A stretch of DNA of 32,000 nt from Dickeya dadantii NCPPB 898 (GTDB taxonomy: Bacteria; Pseudomonadota; Gammaproteobacteria; Enterobacterales; Enterobacteriaceae). The DNA lies in the NCBI RefSeq assembly GCF_000406145.1, contig NZ_CM001976.1, positions 1,465,315-1,497,314 of the forward strand, read 5' to 3'. Both the position numbers and the translations under genes were made by a program. Shown here piece by piece: positions 1 through 8,463 of this stretch; the stretch's first letter is position 1, and every line of letters begins with the position of its first letter. The notes under the pieces were generated by a model. It searched no databases. It was not told the origin of the DNA and was given only the letters and a program-made list of their open reading frames with translations.

Positions 1-404
1 AAGGGCTGAAAGGCGTGATGCAGCAACTGTATCCGGACTCGCTGGCGGTCAAAGAGATGGACCGTCAGTGGCAGAAAGCCCTCGACCGCCAGCAGGGCGA
101 CAAACCGCCGCGCGTCAGCGGCTACGAACAGGCGCGCGCCGGGGTGGGCGACACCCTGCAACAGCTGCTGGATCTGGAAAAACAGCGTCGCACGGTGACC
201 ATTTCGTACCTGAAGTCCCAACTCTACGATATTCAGAAAGATTTGGCTTCCGATGTGCCGTTTGGCCTCCGTTTGCGCACGCTGGAGGCGCGCAAGGCCG
301 CCCGCCAGTCGCTGACCCCGGCGGAGCTGCGCGCCATGGAAGATGAACTGCGTGCGTTCACTATCCGGCTGTACCGGTTGCAGCAAGGCGATAGCGGCAG
401 TTAA
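1..404 (+). CDS. 3' fragment of a gene that starts upstream of the window; product unknown
   Basis: The reading frame (phase of nt 3) is open from the window edge to TAA 402-404. The tail is charged and helical-looking (QQLLDLEKQRR, ELRAMEDELRAF). It is co-oriented with the Sel1 lipoprotein gene and lies 70 nt upstream of it. No family recognised. Confidence 0.5.
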   Translation, partial: GLKGVMQQLYPDSLAVKEMDRQWQKALDRQQGDKPPRVSGYEQARAGVGDTLQQLLDLEKQRRTVTISYLKSQLYDIQKDLASDVPFGLRLRTLEARKAARQSLTPAELRAMEDELRAFTIRLYRLQQGDSGS

Positions 405-473
405 GGCCGCTGGCCGGGCGGGATGCGCCGCCCGGCGGCGTCGCCGGATGTCACCAGGGGTAACGACGGTAAC

Positions 474-1841
474 ATGATGAGAAAAATACGATTATTGACG
501 GCGCTGTCCGTATGCTTGCTGGCTGCCTGTCAGGCGCCGGTGTCGTCGCTGTCCGATGCGGACCTGCTGAAGTCGGCGGAAAGCGGCAACGGCGAAGCGC
601 AGTACCGGCTGGCGAAGCAGCTGGCGTCCCGTTCGCACTACGGCGAAGCCATGCAGTGGATGCAAAAGGCGGCGGATCTGTCAGACCTGTCCGGACCGCA
701 GGAAACCCGTGCGCTGGCGGCGTTGCAGGTGGGCGACTGGTATCAGGCCGGGCTGGGTGAACCGAAAAATACGCCGCTGGCGCGCCAGTGGTGGCAAAAA
801 GCCTCGCGGCTGGGCAGCGGCGAGGCCGGCTATCGGCTGGGAACCGACTGTCAGGCGCAGCATCAGGGCAAACTGGTGGCGGCCTGTCTGGATGCGTTCG
901 AACGCGCGGCGGACAATCAGTACGCACCGGCGCAGCTGGTGGTGGCGCAGTGGTACGCCGCCCATCCCGGCGCTGAAGAGGAGGCGACCGGGTGGCTAGA
1001 GAAGGCGGCGGATCTGGGCAACCGCGACGCGCAGTACCAGCTTGCCCAGCGCTATGAGCAAGGCAAAGGCGTGGCGAAACGGACCGACCTGGCCGAGCGC
1101 TGGTATTTCCGGGCGGCGCAAAGAGGGCAACCGCAGGCCCAGTTATGGATGGCGCGGCACGCCGACGGTAAAGACGCGCTCGACTGGTATCAAAAGGCGG
1201 CGAACAGCGGCGAAGCCGACGCGCAGCTGTGGCTGGCGCAGGCTTACCGTGACGGCAACAAGGGGCTGGCGAAGGACGACAAACAGGCGCATTACTGGCT
1301 GGAGCGCGCCTCCGGCAAAGGCAACGGCGAAGCCGATTACAAGCTGAGCCAGATGCAGGCGGACAACGCCAGGCGGGAGCACTATCTGGTGCTGGCGTCG
1401 TCGGCCGGCTATGTGCCGGCGCAGCGTGAACTGGGCGATTGGCTGCTTAAGCGTGGCGAGCTGGAACGAGCCCGCGAGGTGTTCACCAAGGCGGCGACGA
1501 CCGGCGATACCGCATCCCGGCTGGCGTATGGCGAGATGCTGCGGCTGGGGCAGGGCGGAAAAGCCGATTATGTGGAAGCGATGAAACAGTATCGCTTCGC
1601 GGCGCATGACGGCAACCGTATGGCGCAGTATCGTATGGGGATGATGCGGCAGGATGGGCTGGGCGCATCCCGTAATCGTATTCACGCCTACGCCTGGTAC
1701 TCGCTGGCGGCGACCGAAGGCATGGCGGAGGCGATTGCGGCCCGTAACGATCTGGAAGCCACCATGCAGCCGGATGAAATCAAGGCCGGGCAGAAACTGG
1801 CTATGCATTGGTCGACAGGCAAAGAGACGGATACACAGTGA
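474..1841 (+). CDS. Sel1-like repeat (SLR) lipoprotein
   Basis: Track ORF 423..1841 trimmed to ATG 474, giving MMRKIRLLTALSVCLLAAC with a lipobox (LLAAC). The body is many tandem Sel1-type repeats (pattern AQYxLAxxYxxGxGVxKxxxxAxxWYxKAAxxG, e.g. AQYQLAQRYEQGKGVAKRTDLAERWYFRAAQRG). Confidence 0.85.
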   Translation: MMRKIRLLTALSVCLLAACQAPVSSLSDADLLKSAESGNGEAQYRLAKQLASRSHYGEAMQWMQKAADLSDLSGPQETRALAALQVGDWYQAGLGEPKNTPLARQWWQKASRLGSGEAGYRLGTDCQAQHQGKLVAACLDAFERAADNQYAPAQLVVAQWYAAHPGAEEEATGWLEKAADLGNRDAQYQLAQRYEQGKGVAKRTDLAERWYFRAAQRGQPQAQLWMARHADGKDALDWYQKAANSGEADAQLWLAQAYRDGNKGLAKDDKQAHYWLERASGKGNGEADYKLSQMQADNARREHYLVLASSAGYVPAQRELGDWLLKRGELERAREVFTKAATTGDTASRLAYGEMLRLGQGGKADYVEAMKQYRFAAHDGNRMAQYRMGMMRQDGLGASRNRIHAYAWYSLAATEGMAEAIAARNDLEATMQPDEIKAGQKLAMHWSTGKETDTQ

Positions 1842-1863
1842 TGCGAAAATTAAAGGAAAGCGT

Positions 1864-2796
1864 ATGAAACGGAACGGATATCTCGCCCTGCTGCTGGGCA
1901 TGGCGGCGCTGTCGTCACAGGCGGAAGTAAAGCCGCCCTATCAGGTTGAGCAAGGTAAGGTGGTGTACCGGGTATCGGTGAATGCGGATCCGCAGGTGCT
2001 GGAGGGTGCAAAGCTGGACGATTTTCGGGTGCTGTTGCGGGAAAAACGGGTGGCGCTGGCGGTGTCGGGCCATCGTTACTACTGCAACCAGCAGCCTCTG
2101 CCGGATGGTTTCAAGCCAGAAAGCGCCAGACTGCGTTATGACTCGTTTCTGATTAGCAATGTCGGCTCATATGTCGGCTGCGAGCGCATGAAGCAGGATA
2201 TAGATGCCGACAGTTTTCAGGCGCTGGATTTTCCGTTCTTCCGCGATCGCAACCATGTTTGGCTGCCTGACGGTGAGGAGCTGAATGGCGTGGATATCGC
2301 CAGTTTCAAAACGCTGGCCCGCAATCAGGCGTTCGACAAACAGAACTACTATTTCGTGGAGAATGAAACTAGCGTCGTGCCCTATCAAAAACAGGCGCCG
2401 AGCGCGGGTAGCTGTTTTGGCTGGGCCACCATTGACGGTAATCTTTACTACCGCGGCGAGCAGCGCGCCGATGGCGATGCCGCCAGTTTCCGCTGTCTGA
2501 CGTTCAGCGCCGCGCTGGACAAAAACGGCTTCTATATCTTCGGGCGGCCGTATCAGGGTCTTCCGGCCGGGGTGAAAGCGGCGGATATTCGTATGCTGCC
2601 GAATAATGAAAAACTGGCGACCGACGGCGAACATGTCTGGTTTCTGGGGGTAGAGCCGGTGCAACTGGCCGGACTGAGCCTGCGCGACGTCCGGGTGGTG
2701 CCGGACGCCAACGGCTATACCATCAGCGACGGCAAAACCCGCTGGCTGTGCGGCTCCGGCAAGGTCAACGGTCGCCCGCTGTGCCGCAAAGGATAA
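1864..2796 (+). CDS. DKNYY-family secreted protein
   Basis: Track ORF 1654..2796 trimmed to ATG 1864, preceded by aaggaaag. The N-terminus MKRNGYLALLLGMAALSSQA looks like a signal peptide. Repeated DKNYY-type motifs are present (FDKQNYYF, LDKNGFYIF, GNLYYRG). It starts 22 nt after the Sel1 gene. Confidence 0.75.
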   Translation: MKRNGYLALLLGMAALSSQAEVKPPYQVEQGKVVYRVSVNADPQVLEGAKLDDFRVLLREKRVALAVSGHRYYCNQQPLPDGFKPESARLRYDSFLISNVGSYVGCERMKQDIDADSFQALDFPFFRDRNHVWLPDGEELNGVDIASFKTLARNQAFDKQNYYFVENETSVVPYQKQAPSAGSCFGWATIDGNLYYRGEQRADGDAASFRCLTFSAALDKNGFYIFGRPYQGLPAGVKAADIRMLPNNEKLATDGEHVWFLGVEPVQLAGLSLRDVRVVPDANGYTISDGKTRWLCGSGKVNGRPLCRKG

Positions 2797-2889
2797 GCGG
2801 CGTAGTAGACGCTGCCGTACGGTAGACATGTGGTGAAAACAGGCCCTGTCCTGATACGGCAGGGCGGTATTACCCGCCGCGCCAGATGC

Positions 2890-3750
2890 TCACCCCGCCG
2901 TCTGGGCGCGAATCATTCCGATATAGATGTCCCGCAGCTGGCGCGCCAGCGGGCCGGGCCGCCCATCGCCAATCGTCACGCCGTCAATCTCTACCACCGG
3001 CCAGACAAAGGTGGTGGCGGAGCTGATAAAGGCTTCTTTGGCGGCGAGCGCTTCCTGCGGGGTAAACGCCCGTTCTTCCACCGTCAGCTGATGATCGGCG
3101 GCGAGTTGCAGCAGCGCCTTGCGGGTAATGCCATGCAGGATGTCGTTGCTCAGCGGGCGGGTGATCAAATGGTTATCGGCATCGACGATAAAGCAGTTGC
3201 TGGAACTGCCCTCGGTAATCAGGCCGTTTTCCACCAGCCAGGCGTCATCGGCGCCTTTGGCGTGCGCCCACTCCTTCGCCATGCAGGCCATCAGCAGGCT
3301 GACGGTCTTGATGTCGCGCCGGTGCCAGCGCAGATCCGGACAGGTGATGACGCGAATGCCTTTTTCCGCGCAGGGATGGTGGATCACCGGGCGGGACTGG
3401 GTGAACAGCACCAGCGTCGGCGCGGCGTCGCTGGGGAAGGCGAAATCACGGTCGCCGGTGCTGCCCCGGCTGAGTTGCAGGTAAATGCCGCCTTCCTCCA
3501 GCCGGTTTTGCTCGATAAGCGCCAGATGAATTTCCCGCAACGCTTCCTGGCTAACCGGCAGACGCAGGTTCAGCTCGCGGCAGGAGCGCGCCAGCCGCGC
3601 CATGTGGCCGTCATATTCCGCCAGCCGGCCGTTGACCACCGCGGTGACTTCATACACCGCGTCGGCAAACAGAAATCCGCGATCGAACACCGAAATCGTC
3701 GCTTGTTCCTCGGGCAGATAGCGCCCGTTAACGTAAAGGACACGTGACAT
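2890..3750 (-). CDS. dat: D-amino-acid aminotransferase (class IV PLP aminotransferase)
   Basis: Track ORF trimmed to ATG at 3750. MSRVLYVNGRYLPEEQATISVFDRGFLFADAVYEV is a typical class IV/Dat N-terminus, and there is a DIKTVSLL lysine region. The start overlaps the upstream stop by 1 nt (TAATG at 3748-3752, minus strand). Confidence 0.8.
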   Translation of the reverse strand: MSRVLYVNGRYLPEEQATISVFDRGFLFADAVYEVTAVVNGRLAEYDGHMARLARSCRELNLRLPVSQEALREIHLALIEQNRLEEGGIYLQLSRGSTGDRDFAFPSDAAPTLVLFTQSRPVIHHPCAEKGIRVITCPDLRWHRRDIKTVSLLMACMAKEWAHAKGADDAWLVENGLITEGSSSNCFIVDADNHLITRPLSNDILHGITRKALLQLAADHQLTVEERAFTPQEALAAKEAFISSATTFVWPVVEIDGVTIGDGRPGPLARQLRDIYIGMIRAQTAG

Positions 3751-4760
3751 TATGCAACTCCCGTTAAACAAGGGCGGGGGTGGCCCCACAATCCCTCTTC
3801 AGATAAATACAGCTGGCTGCCGCGCCATTCCAGCCCACCGACCCGGTCGTCCGCCAGCAGCAACGGCCCGTCGAGGTCGACGATCTCCGCGCCTTGCGCT
3901 ATCAGCGTGGCCGGCGCCATCGACAGCGAGGTGCTGACCATGCAACCCACCATGACTTTCAGCCCCTGCGCCTGCGCCGCCTGACGTAATAACAGCGCTT
4001 CGGTCAGCCCGCCGGTTTTATCCAGCTTGATGTTGACCATGTCGTAGCGCGCCGCCAGCCCCGGCAACGACCGGCGGTCATGACAGGACTCGTCGGCGCA
4101 CAGCGGAATCGGGCGCGGCAGCGCGGCCAGCGCCTCGTCGTCGCGGGCGGGCAGCGGCTGTTCAATCAGGCTGACGCCAAGGCGCTGCAACGCCGGCACC
4201 AGTTTCAGGTACAAATCGACGTTCCAGCCTTCGTTAGCGTCGACGATCAGCCGCGCTTGCGGCGCCCACTGTCGCACCGCCGCCACCCGCTCGATGTCAT
4301 GTTCGTCCGCCAGTTTCAGCTTCAGTAACGGACGGTGCGCGTTGCGTTGCGCCGCCTGCGCCATCCGTTCCGGGGTATCCAGCGACAGCGTGAACGCGCT
4401 GACCACCGGTTCCGGGCGCGGCAGCCCGGCCAGTTGCCACACCGGTTTGGCCTGTCGCTGGCTGTCGAGGTCCCACAGCGCGCAGTCCAGCGCATTACGT
4501 GCGGCGCCGGGCGGCAACAGGGTTTGCAATGTCGACCGGTCGAGGCCGCGTCGCACCGCGTCCCGCAGCGTCAGCAACTGAGCTTCCACGCCGCTAATGT
4601 TTTCGCCGTAGCGGGCATAAGGCACGCTTTCGCCGTGCCCTTCGCAGCGCCCGTCGCGCACCGTTACCTTGATGACATCGGCGTGGGTTTTACTGCCGCG
4701 CGAAACGGTGAAGGTTTCTTTTAACGCCCAGCGTTCATGGGTGACGATCAATTCCGCCAT
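3750..4760 (-). CDS. dgcA: Enolase-superfamily epimerase/racemase: YcjG-like L-Ala-D/L-Glu epimerase or DgcA-like N-acetyl-D-Glu racemase
   Basis: Aligns by eye with E. coli YcjG along its length (GAARNALDCALWDL, LKLKL, IVDANE, IEQPLP, CADESC, MVNIKLDKTGGLTEAL). The DgcA call rests on adjacency to a DUF1611/DgcN-like gene. A GAGGA SD lies 7 nt upstream of the ATG. Confidence 0.7.
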   Translation of the reverse strand: MAELIVTHERWALKETFTVSRGSKTHADVIKVTVRDGRCEGHGESVPYARYGENISGVEAQLLTLRDAVRRGLDRSTLQTLLPPGAARNALDCALWDLDSQRQAKPVWQLAGLPRPEPVVSAFTLSLDTPERMAQAAQRNAHRPLLKLKLADEHDIERVAAVRQWAPQARLIVDANEGWNVDLYLKLVPALQRLGVSLIEQPLPARDDEALAALPRPIPLCADESCHDRRSLPGLAARYDMVNIKLDKTGGLTEALLLRQAAQAQGLKVMVGCMVSTSLSMAPATLIAQGAEIVDLDGPLLLADDRVGGLEWRGSQLYLSEEGLWGHPRPCLTGVA

Positions 4761-4770
4761 GATGCGGTCC

Positions 4771-5763
4771 TCACAGTTGGTCGACGATACGGCCCACGCC
4801 CTGACGGAACGGATCGACTACCGGCAAACCCAGTTGCTGTTCCAGTGTCGTCATGTAGGCCAGCGCGTCCGCTTCGTCCAGGTGCGCGCTGTTGATGGAA
4901 ACCCCGACGAAGCGGGCGTGCGGGTTGGTCAGTCTTGCCATCGCCAGATTGAGGTCGATACAGGCTTGCAGATCCGGCAGCGGATAGTCCACGCCGCGCA
5001 TGCGGGTGCGGGTGGGTTCGTGACACAGCACCAGCGCGTCCGGCTGTGCGCCGTGGATAATACCGGTGGTGACGCCGGCGAACGAAGGGTGGAACAGCGA
5101 CCCCTGACCTTCGATCACGTCCCAGTGGTCGGCGTCGTTATCGGGGGCGAGGGTTTCCACCGCGCCGGCGATAAAGTCGGACACCACCGCGTCAATGCTG
5201 ACGCCGGCGCCGGAAATCAGAATGCCGGTCTGGCCGGTGGCGCGAAAGGTGGCCTTGCCGCCGCGTTCCAGCAGCGCTTTTTCAATCGCCAGCGCGGTGT
5301 ACATCTTGCCGCAGGAGCAGTCGGTGCCGACCGGCAGCAAGCGTTTACCGCTGCGTTTACGCCCGCTGGCCACCGGGAAGCTCTGGGTCGGGTGACGCAC
5401 GTCGAACAGCGAGCGCCCCAGCCGGGCGGCCAATTCGCTGATTTCCGGCACATCCGCCAGTTTGTTGTGCAGACCGGCGGCCAGATCCATGCCGCACTCC
5501 AGCGCCTGACGCAGCACCGCGACCCAGGCGTCGGAAATGATGCCGCCGCGGTTCGCCACGCCGATCACCAGCGTCTGCGCGCCCGCCGCGCGGGCGGCGG
5601 GGATATCCATATCCGGCAGGCCGCAGTCCGCCCGGCACCCCGCCATGCGGTACTGGCCGACGCAGTACTCCGGATGCCACTGTTTGATGCCGATCGCCAC
5701 TTTGGCGGCCAACTGGTCGTGGGCATCGCCAAGAAACAGCAAATAAGGTTTTTTAATATTCAT
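4771..5763 (-). CDS. dgcN: DUF1611-family protein (DgcN-like D-glutamate N-acetyltransferase)
   Basis: MNIKKPYLLFLGDAHDQLAAKVAIGIKQWHPEYCVGQ is the N-terminus I associate with DUF1611/DgcN. Start moved to ATG 5763 (GGAG 6 nt upstream) from the track start at 5775. First gene of a tightly packed three-gene minus-strand operon. Confidence 0.7.
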   Translation of the reverse strand: MNIKKPYLLFLGDAHDQLAAKVAIGIKQWHPEYCVGQYRMAGCRADCGLPDMDIPAARAAGAQTLVIGVANRGGIISDAWVAVLRQALECGMDLAAGLHNKLADVPEISELAARLGRSLFDVRHPTQSFPVASGRKRSGKRLLPVGTDCSCGKMYTALAIEKALLERGGKATFRATGQTGILISGAGVSIDAVVSDFIAGAVETLAPDNDADHWDVIEGQGSLFHPSFAGVTTGIIHGAQPDALVLCHEPTRTRMRGVDYPLPDLQACIDLNLAMARLTNPHARFVGVSINSAHLDEADALAYMTTLEQQLGLPVVDPFRQGVGRIVDQL

Positions 5764-6598
5764 CACCGACTCCATTATTGAAATAAAAAACGCAGGGCAA
5801 AGGGCCGCCGTCTCACCGGTAGGTAAGGTAAATAGAAAATTAGAATCAATAAGATAATGCGTACATCAGCGCTTTTCTGGATACGTTGTGGTGTCCGGAA
5901 AATAATGCTGACAGGTCAGGTTTTTCGATATTATCAAGTAGTGTTATGTTGTCAATAACGACAAAAAATAAGATTTATATTCTGGATGTGATGGTTTTTA
6001 TTCGTTCGCGATGTCTTCTATTAGGTGTTTTTTAATATAAAAGTCTGTTATTTTTTTAAAAACGAATATCAGGCCGATTTTTATAAAAATAAAGGCGAGT
6101 AAAAATTAATAGGGTTATTTTAGTGCGATGCTCGCGTTATTTTGGTGCTGTTGCACATTACTGGGTCGGCCGCATTGTATTTCCACGAGGAATGTTAAAT
6201 TACCTCAAAAGACTATTCATCATCACGTTAATAAAAAGCACGGATAACGCGCAAGGTGAGGATTGATTTTACCCTGGACAAACAGGGTGCACTAAAATGG
6301 ATCGAACATTGGCGCACTCGGCAGCGTAATATTGAGCATCAGGAGGACGCAGATGCCGGTACGATAGCGGGCTTTTTTACAGAACTGAGCGTTTTGTCAC
6401 AGATTTATTATAGTCTGTCCCCAATGTGGCAACAGGTTAAGGATGTATGCTGCATGTTGAGAGATCACATTTTATCTGGCGGAATACCCCGTTGCGCCTT
6501 TTAGGACAGCGGGAGACGGTGGAATGGCAATAGTGGGACACCGTCTGAAATATCAGGTAGCATGTCTATATAGAGTTGTCGTCTTATTGAGAACGCAT

Positions 6599-8158
6599 AT
6601 GTCAAATAATAATAATTCTCTGTTCAGTGCTCTGCGTTTCCTTCGTTCTTTGCCATTTCATACTTCTCCCGGTATTACCATGATGGCGTTTCTGGCCGTC
6701 TGTAGCCTGATTTTTGTGACCACAAGTATTTGGAATTTTCTGGATTCCTATCAGCGTATGTTGGTGGATGCGGAGAAAAACGTGACTAACCTGTCCGTGG
6801 CGATGTCACGTCAGGCGGAAGATACGTTTGTGCCGATTGAAGTGGCGATCGACGACATGCTGCGGGAGTTGTCGCAAACCGGCATGCTGGATTCCACGCG
6901 AGTGAAAAACGTTCTCGATACCCATCGCGCGGTGCTGCCGCAACTGGTGGGTTTCTACCTGTTTGACGAAAAGGGAAACCTGATTTCCTCTACCGGCAAT
7001 GGGCCGCTCTATATTTATAATGCCGGCCGGCGGGAATATTTTACCTGGCTCAGAGACAATAATACCACGTCGTTGTTTATCGGTAAGGTTAACGTCAGTA
7101 CGATAACCCGCAGACGTATTATTCCGGTGGCTAAACGAATAAATGGACCGAATGGCGAATTCAAGGGCGTTTTCCTTGCCACTATCGACCATAATTATTT
7201 CGGTAATTTCTACAGTTATTTCAGCCTGGATTATGACGGCGTGCTGTCATTGATGAATGCGGATGGCCATGCCATTTATCTTTACCCCAATCGCGAACAA
7301 TATATTAATAGCAATTTCGCTGACGGCGGCCTGTTTGAAAAGTCCCGGCTGGAACAGGGTAGCGGTAACGGTATCTGGCGCACCACGCTGGATAACCGGG
7401 TTCGTATTGTCGGCTACGTTAAACTGAAACGCTATCCGCTGGTGGTGGCGGCCAGTCTGGACAGAGGCGCGCTGCAGACGCGCTGGCTGACGGAAAACAT
7501 TTCGGCCATGCTGCTCAACATCATGGTGCTGTTCGCCATGTTTGTTCTCGGCGGCTTCGTTCTGAAACAGATCCGCTTAACAGTGAAAAATAAAGAGGCG
7601 ATCAGCCGCCTGCATCAGGAGGAAAGCGACAAGAACAAAGTGCTGCAAAAACTGGCGCTGGTTGACCCGCTCACCAAACTGGCCAATCGCCGACGTTTCG
7701 ATCTTTATCTGGAGCAGTCGCTGACCCGCGCCCGCGAAGAGGGCGGGCTCCTGTCGCTGATCATGCTGGATGTGGATTTCTTCAAACGTTACAACGATAC
7801 CTACGGCCATGTGTTGGGCGACCGCTGTCTGACCCAACTGGGCGGCGTGTTGAACGGGCTGCTTTTGCCTGACGGCGCTCTGGCCGCTCGTTATGGCGGC
7901 GAAGAGTTCGCGATTATTTTGCCGGGAATGAACGGTGAACAGGCGGCGGTGTACGGTGAGCGAGTGGTGGAAAGTGTACGCAGATGTGCGATACAGCATC
8001 AGGCCTCGCTGTTGCCCCGTCTGGTGGTGACGGTGAGCGTGGGGGTGTATTCGCACTCCAGCGACAACCCCTGCGATATTCAGCGCCTGAAAGAAGGGGC
8101 CGATCAGGCGTTGTATCTGGCGAAGAAAAAAGGCCGTGACCGCTGCGTGCGGTTATAG
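6599..8158 (+). CDS. Membrane sensor diguanylate cyclase (periplasmic sensor domain + GGDEF)
   Basis: C-terminal GGDEF domain (DPLTKLANRRRFD, MLDVDFFKRYNDTYGH, RYGGEEFAIILPG, ADQALYLAKKKGRDR). Two hydrophobic helices (MMAFLAVCSLIFVTTSIW; AMLLNIMVLFAMFVLGGFVL) bracket a roughly 270-aa extracytoplasmic region that looks Cache-like but is unverified. Start chosen at ATG 6599 (MSNNNN); ATG 6524 is possible. Confidence 0.85.
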   Translation: MSNNNNSLFSALRFLRSLPFHTSPGITMMAFLAVCSLIFVTTSIWNFLDSYQRMLVDAEKNVTNLSVAMSRQAEDTFVPIEVAIDDMLRELSQTGMLDSTRVKNVLDTHRAVLPQLVGFYLFDEKGNLISSTGNGPLYIYNAGRREYFTWLRDNNTTSLFIGKVNVSTITRRRIIPVAKRINGPNGEFKGVFLATIDHNYFGNFYSYFSLDYDGVLSLMNADGHAIYLYPNREQYINSNFADGGLFEKSRLEQGSGNGIWRTTLDNRVRIVGYVKLKRYPLVVAASLDRGALQTRWLTENISAMLLNIMVLFAMFVLGGFVLKQIRLTVKNKEAISRLHQEESDKNKVLQKLALVDPLTKLANRRRFDLYLEQSLTRAREEGGLLSLIMLDVDFFKRYNDTYGHVLGDRCLTQLGGVLNGLLLPDGALAARYGGEEFAIILPGMNGEQAAVYGERVVESVRRCAIQHQASLLPRLVVTVSVGVYSHSSDNPCDIQRLKEGADQALYLAKKKGRDRCVRL

Positions 8159-8162
8159 GCAC

Positions 8163-8192
8163 GGCTGGCAATGCGCCCGCCCATTGCCAGCC
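8163..8192 (+). terminator. Perfect 11-bp stem / 8-nt loop hairpin just after the cyclase gene (possible terminator, no U-tract)
   Basis: ggctggcaatg (8163-8173) and cattgccagcc (8182-8192) are exact reverse complements, and the hairpin starts 5 nt after the stop at 8158. It is followed by atgtaatt rather than a U run. Confidence 0.4.
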
Positions 8193-8194
8193 AT

Positions 8195-8226
8195 GTAATT
8201 GCCCAGACACGTAATTGCCCAGACAC
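8195..8226. repeat. Perfect 16-bp tandem duplication (gtaattgcccagacac x2)
   Basis: 8195-8210 and 8211-8226 are identical. The repeat lies in the efeU upstream region, immediately after the hairpin. Confidence 0.9.
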
Positions 8227-8336
8227 GAATGTGCGACACCGCCGGGTTTTCCCTGTCATGCCCCGCTGCTGCGCCGGACGGCAGCGCTGAAATATTTGAT
8301 TAGAAAAAATTGCTTTACCCTACCTTACCTTTCTCT

Positions 8337-8365
8337 ATTAATAAGAACTATTATCATTCTTTATC
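8337..8365. promoter_or_regulatory. Candidate Fur-box-like AT-rich element upstream of efeU
   Basis: attaataagaactattatcattctttatc contains ATTATCATT-type hexamers resembling the Fur consensus GATAATGATAATCATTATC (about 11/19 in the best by-eye alignment). It sits about 100 nt upstream of the efeU start. efeUOB is Fur-regulated in E. coli. Confidence 0.25.
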
Positions 8366-8463
8366 TGATTTGTATCCCTGTGACGGCGCGTCCGGGCTGG
8401 CGTCTGGAGCGGGTCTGGAACTAAAAGTGCGTGTCGCCCTGTCTGTCTGAGGAGTATCCATCC

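Noticed and set aside
1143-1901. 252-aa minus-strand ORF antisense to the Sel1-repeat gene
   Set aside because: It is an antisense frame of a repeat-rich GC gene, and the plus-strand Sel1 repeats are unmistakable.
2830-3747. 305-aa plus-strand ORF antisense to dat
   Set aside because: Mirror ORF inside a well-supported gene. The translation is Arg/Gly/Ala/Gln-rich low complexity, typical of stop-poor antisense frames in GC-rich DNA. There is no SD and no recognisable domain.
4669-5781. 370-aa plus-strand ORF antisense to the DUF1611 gene
   Set aside because: It completely shadows a recognisable gene, and its composition-driven translation (runs of A/G/R/V/H) has no motifs.
6256-6504. 82-aa plus-strand ORF in the AT-rich region upstream of the cyclase gene
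   Set aside because: GTG start with no SD, no recognisable motif, and a location in a region that looks regulatory. It is kept only as a note. A homology or Ribo-seq check could revive it.
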